NCBI GenBank assembly: GCA_017481595.1
Contig: JAFUOY010000017.1
Location: 5,117 to 69,116, forward strand
DNA from: Clostridia bacterium
GTDB taxonomy: Bacteria > Bacillota > Clostridia > Oscillospirales > CAG-272
Direction of reading: 5' to 3'
Length of the DNA stretch: 64,000 nt
The first letter of the stretch is position 1. Each line of letters starts with the position of its first letter. Below are positions 56,528 through 64,000 of this stretch, piece by piece. The notes beneath the pieces were generated by a model. It did not search any database, was not told where the DNA came from, and saw only the letters and a program-made list of their open reading frames with translations. The position numbers and the translations under genes are program-made.

Positions 56528-58870
56528 ATGGAAATGGAATATAAATACGGTTATTTCAATGAATCCGGCGACGAGTTTATTATAACCTCTCCCGCCACAC
56601 CCCGTCCCTTTGACAACTTTCTTTTCAACGATTCCTGCTATGCAAATGTTCATCAGACAGGTATAGGCTGCTTCGACTACCAGATCGACGGTAAGGAGGG
56701 CATTCAGCTTTATACAGGCGTTGGCCGTATCTGTGACTACGACGTATTCGGTAAGGACCATCTTTACAACCGTCTCGTTTACGTAAGAGATAATGAAACG
56801 GGTGAATTCTGGACTGTAAACTGGGAGCCTGTGTGCCACCCCTATCAGTCCTACAAGTGTACTCAGGGTATGGGCTACACGGAAATAGAGAATAAGACCG
56901 CTGATACAACCTCTAAAATGAGAATTTTTGTTCCCGTTGGTAAGGACGCTTGCGAAATATGGAAGCTTTCCTTCAAGAACGACGGCGCAAAGAAGCGTTC
57001 TTACTCCATCTTTACCTATAGCCAGATCCAGTTCAAATTCAAATGGGGATTTGACAGCTACGGAGATACATTCTACCGCGCTACCCGCTTTGACGAGGGT
57101 GAGAATACCTTCTATATGACAAAGCACCCCTTTATCAAGCCTCATAACTATCTTACCGCGTTTATGATCGCGGACAGAAAGGTAGTAGGCTCTGACGGTT
57201 GCCAGAACGTATTCGTTGGCGACTACGGTACTCTTTCCGCTCCTCAGGTGGTAAGAGAGGGCAAGGCAAGAAACTCCATCGGCTCTGCTAACGCAACTAT
57301 CTGCTCAATGCAGTTTGATATGGAGCTTGAGGCAGGCGAGGAGCAGGCTATCAGCCTCGTGCTCGGTATTGGCGAGTGCGAAAACGATTCCAAGGCTTAC
57401 AAGGACAAGTACCTTAAGGATCAGGATAAATACTTTGACGAGGTTAAGTCCTACTACAAGGCGCTTTATACACAGAACCACATTACAACAGAGGATAATC
57501 ATCTTGACCGTCTTATCAACTTCTGGGGCAAGCACGCTACCAACTTCGGCGCTACCTGGTGCCGTTGGGGATATAACGGATACCGCGATATCGTTCAGCA
57601 CGGCTTTGGCGTAGTTGCATTCAAGACAGACAGAACAAGAGAGATCCTTAAGGAAGCCGTAGCTAATCAGTATGCAAGCGGTATGGCAGTACGCGGATGG
57701 AACCCCGTTGATACAAAGCCTTATTCCGACTCTGCCCTTTGGCTTGAGTTTACACTTACAGCATACCTTCGTGAGACGGGAGATATCGACTTCCTCAATG
57801 AGGTAGTTCCTTTCAGAGACGAGGGAGAGGCTACCATCCTCGGTCATATGGACAGAGCTCTTAACTTCCTTGAGTCCAACAAGGGTGAGCACGATCTTCT
57901 CCTTATTAAGTTCGGTGACTGGAATGACTCTCTTACCGGTGTAGGTAAGGAGGGCAAGGGCGAGAGCGTATGGCTTTCCATCGCTTACGCACAGGCGCTT
58001 CTTGAAATGGCAGAGCTTGCCAAGTTTATGAAGGACGAGGCAAAGGAAAAGGATTACCTTGCAAGACGCGAGGCTATCGTTAATGCTATCAATGCTAACG
58101 CTTGGGACGGAGAATGGTATCGCCGCTGCTACACAGACGCAGGCAAGCCCCTCGGCTCAAACGAAAATAAATACGCTAAGATGTTTATGGAGCCTCAGTG
58201 CTGGTCACTTATCTCCGGTGTTGCAAGCGAGGAAAGAGCTGCCACTCTTATCAACGCAATGGATGAGCATATGGCAACTCCCGTTGGTTATATGCTTCTT
58301 ACACCCTCCTATAAGGAATTCGACTCCACAATCGGCCGTATTTCCTCTATGGAGCCCGGTATTTGTGAAAACGGTACAATTTACTCTCATACAAACATCT
58401 GGATGATCCTCGGACTTCTTAAGTACGGTAAGGCAGACCTTGCTTATAACCTCTTTAAGAAGATCGCTCCCGGTTATATCGAGGGCGACAACGCAGAGAT
58501 CAAGAATAAGTGCTTACCCTTTATGTTTGCTAACTGCTACCTCGGTCCTGAGCACAAGAACAGCGCGTTCCAGATGGAATACAGCTGGATCACAGGCTCC
58601 GTTGCTTGGTACACAAACACAATGGAAAGCTATATGATGGGTATCCGCGCAACCTACGAGGGACTTGTGGTTGATCCTCACCTTCCCTTTGCAAAGGGTA
58701 CAATGAAGCGTAGCTTCCGCGGCGCAACGTATAACATTACCATCGACAACGCAGACGTTAAGTACAAGGACGTAACAGTATCCGTAGTAGTTGACGGTAA
58801 GGCGATCGACGGCAACGTTATCCCCGCATTTGCCGACGGCGAGCACGAAGTAATCGTTACAGTTAAATAA
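56528..58870 (+). CDS. GH94 glycoside phosphorylase
   Basis: YGYF, GYRD..Q, SDSALWL, GDWNDSL, GESVW, ENGTIYSH, SWITGS. Confidence 0.92.
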   Translation: MEMEYKYGYFNESGDEFIITSPATPRPFDNFLFNDSCYANVHQTGIGCFDYQIDGKEGIQLYTGVGRICDYDVFGKDHLYNRLVYVRDNETGEFWTVNWEPVCHPYQSYKCTQGMGYTEIENKTADTTSKMRIFVPVGKDACEIWKLSFKNDGAKKRSYSIFTYSQIQFKFKWGFDSYGDTFYRATRFDEGENTFYMTKHPFIKPHNYLTAFMIADRKVVGSDGCQNVFVGDYGTLSAPQVVREGKARNSIGSANATICSMQFDMELEAGEEQAISLVLGIGECENDSKAYKDKYLKDQDKYFDEVKSYYKALYTQNHITTEDNHLDRLINFWGKHATNFGATWCRWGYNGYRDIVQHGFGVVAFKTDRTREILKEAVANQYASGMAVRGWNPVDTKPYSDSALWLEFTLTAYLRETGDIDFLNEVVPFRDEGEATILGHMDRALNFLESNKGEHDLLLIKFGDWNDSLTGVGKEGKGESVWLSIAYAQALLEMAELAKFMKDEAKEKDYLARREAIVNAINANAWDGEWYRRCYTDAGKPLGSNENKYAKMFMEPQCWSLISGVASEERAATLINAMDEHMATPVGYMLLTPSYKEFDSTIGRISSMEPGICENGTIYSHTNIWMILGLLKYGKADLAYNLFKKIAPGYIEGDNAEIKNKCLPFMFANCYLGPEHKNSAFQMEYSWITGSVAWYTNTMESYMMGIRATYEGLVVDPHLPFAKGTMKRSFRGATYNITIDNADVKYKDVTVSVVVDGKAIDGNVIPAFADGEHEVIVTVK

Positions 58871-58895
58871 GATTACATACAATCAAATAAAACAT

Positions 58896-58928
58896 ATCGG
58901 CAGAGGTATTGACCTCTGCCGATTTTTC
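58896..58928 (+). terminator. Intrinsic terminator
   Basis: ATCGGCAGAGGT-ATTG-ACCTCTGCCGAT-TTTT. Confidence 0.85.
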
Positions 58929-59099
58929 TGTTTTTAGCATATAATAGACTCTATTTATAAATGGAAAAAATATTTTACCGTAGAATATTTTTACTGAGTC
59001 GAAGAAAATAGAATTTTTCTATTGACAAGCACTTTCGCATATGATAGAATATAAGTGAATCATACGATTATATTAGTATCTATAAAAAGGAGGAAAAAT

Positions 59100-60593
59100 A
59101 TGAAAAGGTTAATGTCAATTTTATTAGTGGTACTGATGCTAATACCCTTAATTGTTTCCTGTGGCGGGAATGATGTAACCACAACTACTGAGTCCCCCAC
59201 AACAGAAGCTCCAACTACGGAAGCTCCAACTACGGAAGCTCCTACAACAGAAGCACCAAAGAATATTTGGTCATCAAAGACCGATATAAGAGATACGTGG
59301 TCGGGTAAAACCTTAAACGTTGCTTGCTCCACGTGGTATTCTACAGGCGCTCCCTGGGCAATGCCCGAGGTTTTTATAACCGAAAAGGATGATGCTTACT
59401 TTGGCAAAAAAATTCAAACAGCAGTTCTCGACCGTAATGAATTTATAGAAAAAACCTACGGTGTAAAGGTCAAATGGCTAAATACAACAAAGGCAGGTAT
59501 GCCCGATGCACTTGAAAAAGCAACAGTTGCAAAAAACGTAAACTATGATCTTGCCGCGCCCCGAATGATGAACGTACAACCAATCGTTGCAGGCGGATAC
59601 GTATACGACCTTGCAGACAGGGAGCTTATAGACCTGAGAAACACTTATTATAACCAAAATATTGTTAAGTCATTGACGGCTCACGGCCATACCTTCTTTG
59701 TAACAGGCGGTTTTTCTAATCTTGATATAGAAACTGCATCCGTTTTTTATTTTAATAAAAACGTTCTTGGTGACGGAAGTGAAAAGGCAAGTAACGAGCT
59801 GTATCAATTGGTAAGAGACGGCAAGTGGACCTATGATAAGCTTGTAGCGTATGCCGAGGCTGCTTATAAGGATAACGGCAACGGCAAAAAAGATGAAGAG
59901 GATATATTCGGAGCTTATATAGGTGGTTATGATAAATTTTTTAATAGCTTTGGGATAACGCAAGCGGGTGTAAATGAAGCAACAGGCGAATGGGAGATTA
60001 CCCTTAATGATGATAGAACCGACGATATTATTACCGTAATCCTTGATACAAAAAAAGCAGACTGGCAACAACCTTTCTTTGGCTGGGGACACGTAGATGC
60101 AGATTTAATAGATGGAAAATACATTTTTGCCGACTATGGTTTGTACCAATATCACGTTGGATTAAGCGATAATATAGGTGTAGTTCCTTTTCCTATGCTT
60201 AATGAAGATCAAGGCAGATACTGCGTTCCTTATTCAACGCAGATGTCTGTTGCAATGTGTATTCCGAAAATAACACAGGACAGAGAAATGTCCGAGTACT
60301 TTATGGACGTTCTTTGCTGGACGGGCGAGGAATATACAAAGAAGGCCTATTTGGAAAACAAGAAGGAACATATTAAATCAGATGCGGATATGGAAATGAT
60401 TACTGATTATATCATGCCAAATCTTTATTACGATGCAGGCTTAGCGGTAGGCTGGGATCGACTTTTCACTATTAGCAATATGTATGATAACAATCAAAAT
60501 AATTTTGATGCGTTCTGGAAAGAAGAATCCCCCGACGCACTTAAAACCATAGCCGAGTGGAACGCGGCTTGGGGCGGATATACCGAAGAATAA
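59100..60593 (+). CDS. Extracellular solute-binding lipoprotein (sugar ABC family-like)
   Basis: Lipobox IVS-C, Thr-rich linker, LVRDGKWTYD, GVVPFP. Confidence 0.82.
   Translation: MKRLMSILLVVLMLIPLIVSCGGNDVTTTTESPTTEAPTTEAPTTEAPTTEAPKNIWSSKTDIRDTWSGKTLNVACSTWYSTGAPWAMPEVFITEKDDAYFGKKIQTAVLDRNEFIEKTYGVKVKWLNTTKAGMPDALEKATVAKNVNYDLAAPRMMNVQPIVAGGYVYDLADRELIDLRNTYYNQNIVKSLTAHGHTFFVTGGFSNLDIETASVFYFNKNVLGDGSEKASNELYQLVRDGKWTYDKLVAYAEAAYKDNGNGKKDEEDIFGAYIGGYDKFFNSFGITQAGVNEATGEWEITLNDDRTDDIITVILDTKKADWQQPFFGWGHVDADLIDGKYIFADYGLYQYHVGLSDNIGVVPFPMLNEDQGRYCVPYSTQMSVAMCIPKITQDREMSEYFMDVLCWTGEEYTKKAYLENKKEHIKSDADMEMITDYIMPNLYYDAGLAVGWDRLFTISNMYDNNQNNFDAFWKEESPDALKTIAEWNAAWGGYTEE
59196..59255 (+). repeat. 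4 x 15-bp coding repeat (PTTEA linker)
   Basis: CCNACNACRGAAGCW x4. Confidence 0.9.
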
Positions 60594-60606
60594 CAAAAAT
60601 AACATA

Positions 60607-60638
60607 CAAAAACCTCGACACGTGTCGAGGTTTTTTGT
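60607..60638. terminator. Bidirectional terminator
   Basis: AAAAACCTCGACACGTGTCGAGGTTTTT perfect palindrome. Confidence 0.85.
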
Positions 60639-60665
60639 ATTTAAATGATTTTATTGAGCCTTGTT

Positions 60666-62816
60666 TCAGAATATGTACGTTCCCTTACTTACCCTATGCT
60701 CCTTGCTGTCAATTATAATTGTGGCGGGGACGGGAGTTATAATTTCGTAGCGCACCTTTCCTTCAAAATGATACCATTTTGAGGATATGGTGCCGTATTT
60801 TGTATCGATTCGCGCGCTTAAGTGGTCAAGCTTGTTTGTGGGATGGGGAGAAATAAGCACCTCCTCAAAGCCGGGCTTGTCTTCAACCGTATGTATTCCG
60901 CAAGCCTCCATATACACCCAGTCAGCCACGCTTCCGTAGGCGTAATGGTTAAAGGAATTCATAGCCTTGGACCAGAATTCGCCCTTTTCGTTCTTGCCGT
61001 CCCAATGCTCCCATATGGTGGTGGCGCCCTGCTTTACGGAGTAGAGCCAGGATGGGAAGGACTCCTGCAAAAGAAGCTCGTAGGCGGTTTCTGCATATCC
61101 GTTTTGGGAAAGGGCGTGGAGAAGATAGGGTGTACCTACAAATCCCGTCTTTAGTCTGTTGCCGTTTTCCTTTATCATATTATTAAGCTGAAATGCAACG
61201 GCTTTTTTGTCCTCTGCAATATTAAAATATAACGCAAGGGCGCACTCGGTCTGCGTTTTGTATTTCTTAAAGGTCTTTCTTATTTTCGCAAGGATCTTTT
61301 CGTACAGCTTTTCGTATTTATCCACACGTGCCCCGATGATTTTGCCCGTTTTAGCCACAAGAAGGGTGGAATGTGCGTAGAAAACAGAGGCAATAAAGTC
61401 CTCGTTTGACGATCCGCGATAGCTTCCCTCGGGGGCGTCAAGCCCCAGCCAATCTCCAAACTGCTCACATCCCGACCATAGGTATTTTTCCTTGGTATGC
61501 TCGGTTATGTACTTTATATATCTTTTCATTGAGGTGAATTGGCGCTTAAGAATATCCTTGTTACCGTAGGTAAGATATAACTGATAGGGAATAATGGTGG
61601 ATGCATCTCCCCATACGGCGCCGCTATGCTCCGCAACGCTCCAATCCCAACAGATAGTCTGGGGAATAATGTGGGGGATGTGTCCGTTTTTTTCCTGGTC
61701 AAGAGCAAGGTCACTAAGCCACTTTGTAAAAAATTGGTTTACGTCGTAGTTATAGGTCGCCGTTCTGCAAAATACGGTGGCGTCCCCCGTCCAGCCCTGT
61801 CTTTCATCTCTTTGTGGGCAATCCGTGGGTACGTCCAGAAAATTACCCTTCTGTCCCCATATGATATTGGAAAAAAGCTGATTCAGTAATGGGCTTGAGG
61901 AGTCAAGATAACCCGTGCGCTTTATATCGGAGTGAAGAACGATAGCCCTTATATTGTCCCTTTGTATCTTGGTGGGAAATGCGTCCACCCTCATATAGCG
62001 GAAGCCCCAAAAGGCAAGGCGGGGCTTGTATACGTTATGCCCCTCGTGGCAGATATACTCAAACTCCGCCTTTGCATCGCGGTAGTTTTCGTTGTAGAAA
62101 TTGCCGTATTTGTCAAGCTCCTCACATACGGAAAGCGCCACCCTGTCTCCGATTTTTGCGTCCAATTCTATTTCGAAATAGCCCGTCATATTCTGTCCGA
62201 AGTCAATTAAGGTGTCCCCATTGGGAGAAGTAAATATTCTTAAGGGGCGCAGTATTTCCTGCTCCTTTACGTATACGCCCTCCTGCTTTACTACCTTTAC
62301 GGATGGGGGATCATTATAAATTTCAGCGTTTACGTAGCTGTCCTCGTAATTTGCATCAACCCTTTCGCCGTCATACAAATCAACGTAGCGAATTTTGTCC
62401 TTTTTTACAAGCCAGCCTTCGTCCGTTACGATTACGTCCCGCGTTCCGTCGGTATAAAGGATGCGGATCTCAGCCATTAAGGCTTTTTTCTTTTCGGGGC
62501 CGCCCTCGTCCGTGCCGAAGTTTATCTTTCCCTTGTACCAGCCCTCACCGAGGGAAACGGAAAGAACGGACCCTGTGTCTATCATTTTTGTAATATCATA
62601 GGTCTGATACTGTACTCTTTTTCGGGAGGTAAAGCCCGGGGCGAGTATAAAATCCCCCACGCGCACTCCGTCAATTTCCGCGCAGTACACACCAAGGGCG
62701 GTAATATTAAGGGTAGCCATCTTTACCTTTTTTGATATGTTAAGCTCCCTTTTAAAGCTTACCGCCTCGTATTGCTTATTATCCCCATGGATTATCCATT
62801 TTGCGTTTTCAAACAT
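60666..62816 (-). CDS. GH78 alpha-L-rhamnosidase
   Basis: DFGQN, PTDCPQRDERQGWTGD, FGDWL, GATTIWEHW, NSFNHYAYG. Confidence 0.93.
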   Translation of the reverse strand: MFENAKWIIHGDNKQYEAVSFKRELNISKKVKMATLNITALGVYCAEIDGVRVGDFILAPGFTSRKRVQYQTYDITKMIDTGSVLSVSLGEGWYKGKINFGTDEGGPEKKKALMAEIRILYTDGTRDVIVTDEGWLVKKDKIRYVDLYDGERVDANYEDSYVNAEIYNDPPSVKVVKQEGVYVKEQEILRPLRIFTSPNGDTLIDFGQNMTGYFEIELDAKIGDRVALSVCEELDKYGNFYNENYRDAKAEFEYICHEGHNVYKPRLAFWGFRYMRVDAFPTKIQRDNIRAIVLHSDIKRTGYLDSSSPLLNQLFSNIIWGQKGNFLDVPTDCPQRDERQGWTGDATVFCRTATYNYDVNQFFTKWLSDLALDQEKNGHIPHIIPQTICWDWSVAEHSGAVWGDASTIIPYQLYLTYGNKDILKRQFTSMKRYIKYITEHTKEKYLWSGCEQFGDWLGLDAPEGSYRGSSNEDFIASVFYAHSTLLVAKTGKIIGARVDKYEKLYEKILAKIRKTFKKYKTQTECALALYFNIAEDKKAVAFQLNNMIKENGNRLKTGFVGTPYLLHALSQNGYAETAYELLLQESFPSWLYSVKQGATTIWEHWDGKNEKGEFWSKAMNSFNHYAYGSVADWVYMEACGIHTVEDKPGFEEVLISPHPTNKLDHLSARIDTKYGTISSKWYHFEGKVRYEIITPVPATIIIDSKEHRVSKGTYIF

Positions 62817-64000
62817 TATAGCGTAGCCCCCGATTCCTTTGATTTTTCTAAATAGGTCTTTAAAACCTCGGTAGCTCCCGTAAGGAGATGGTCACCGGAT
62901 CTTGTCATTAAGCAGATGTAGGGATTTTTGCCAACACCCATAATTTTTATCCTTGCCGCATCCACCTTGGACATAAGATAAAGGGTGCCAAGGTCGATCT
63001 TGTCGGGATAGAACCTTATCTGATCCCTCATTTGCTCCACCTTTTTTATCTTCGCCTTGGATGCGTAAGCCTTTACAAGGGCGCACCTTGCAAGAGTTTC
63101 CGCGCTTTTCGGTATCTTTCCGAATCTGTCCGTCATCTCGTCCAAAACGTCCTTGTAGTCCTCGTCGTTTTCAATATGGGCGATCTTTTTGTAAATATCC
63201 ATTCTCTGCGCCGAGGAACGGATGTAGCTCTCGGGCAAGAATGCGTCGGAGGAAAGGGAGATTACGGACTCGAATTTTTCCTCCGTCTTGTATCCCTTTT
63301 CTTCAAGGACAGCCTCATTAAGCAGCTTGACGTAAAGATCGTAGCCCACCGCCTCCATATGTCCGTGCTGAGCCGCGCCGAGAAGATTACCGGCTCCCCG
63401 TATCTCAAGGTCACGCATGGCGATTTTAAATCCTGCGCCAAACTCCGCAAAATCGCGGATGGCGTCAAGCCTTTTCTGCGCTATCTCCGTAAGAGCCTTG
63501 CCCTGACGGAAGGTAAAGTAGGCGTAGGCACGTCTGTGGCTTCTTCCAACTCGTCCGCGTATCTGATGAAGCTGAGAAAGTCCCATTTTGTCTGCGTTTT
63601 CAATAATAAGGGTGTTTGCGTTGGGAATATCGATACCCGTTTCTATAATGGTGGTGCTGACAAGGATATCTATCTCACCCTTTACAAGGTCAGCCCAGAT
63701 ATTTTCAATATCCTCCCTGTCCATTTGTCCGTGGGCGACACGGATACGGGCATCGGGAAAGGCTTTATTAAGTCTGTCTGCGATTCTGTATATATACTCC
63801 ACGTTGTTAAAGAGGTAGAATACCTGTCCTCCGCGGTGAAGCTCACGTCTTATGGCGTCGTTAAGTATGTTTTCGTCGTATTCAAGGACGTAGGACTGTA
63901 CCCCTTGGCGTCCGCCGGGAGCTTCGTCAAGGACGGACATATCTCTTATACCGCCGATAGCCATACTTAGAGTACGGGGAATAGGAGTTGCGCTTAAGGA
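62816..64000 (-). CDS. mfd: Transcription-repair coupling factor (5' part outside the window)
   Basis: SATPIPRTL, AHGQM, TTIIETGIDIPNANT, QIRGRVGRS, DLEIRGAGNLLG, TRCF C-terminal domain. Confidence 0.96.
   Translation of the reverse strand, partial: SLSATPIPRTLSMAIGGIRDMSVLDEAPGGRQGVQSYVLEYDENILNDAIRRELHRGGQVFYLFNNVEYIYRIADRLNKAFPDARIRVAHGQMDREDIENIWADLVKGEIDILVSTTIIETGIDIPNANTLIIENADKMGLSQLHQIRGRVGRSHRRAYAYFTFRQGKALTEIAQKRLDAIRDFAEFGAGFKIAMRDLEIRGAGNLLGAAQHGHMEAVGYDLYVKLLNEAVLEEKGYKTEEKFESVISLSSDAFLPESYIRSSAQRMDIYKKIAHIENDEDYKDVLDEMTDRFGKIPKSAETLARCALVKAYASKAKIKKVEQMRDQIRFYPDKIDLGTLYLMSKVDAARIKIMGVGKNPYICLMTRSGDHLLTGATEVLKTYLEKSKESGATL

Noticed and set aside
59196-59255. 15-bp tandem repeat as a contingency locus or array
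   Set aside because: In-frame PTTEA linker typical of lipoprotein tethers, with synonymous variation between copies.

Overview
Chromosomal window from a Clostridia-like (Bacillota) anaerobe; the taxonomy is inferred from gene content only. It is mostly housekeeping and carbohydrate genes: oppBCD, a galacturonate locus (GH4, GH2, uxaB/A/C), a Na+-type F1Fo ATP synthase operon, GH31/GH109/GH94/GH78, queA, dapA, a miaA-yggS-sepF-yggT-lspA-rluD-rsmG-mgtC cluster, split transketolase, an ECF sigma factor, a Gld-like ABC system, mfd, tRNA-Ser(TGA) and tRNA-Thr(GGT). I saw no transposase, integrase, cas or phage gene. The unusual signal is mostly non-coding. (i) Two tandem 129-nt structured elements lie between a promoter and tRNA-Ser. 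Each starts with a copy of the tRNA 5' end and ends with its antisense. (ii) Two 'hairpin arrays' consist of short TCAT-ending linkers alternating with variable hairpins (often GNA-triloop), arranged in strand-symmetric halves. (iii) A yybP-ykoY (Mn2+) riboswitch controls a Na+-decarboxylase beta/gamma pair that has no alpha subunit in the window. (iv) Several REP-like families carry nested insertions. Protein-level oddities are a DedA-PlsC fusion, an esterase-acyltransferase fusion and an MgsA homolog lacking catalytic residues. All calls come from reading motifs by eye; no searches or folding programs were run.
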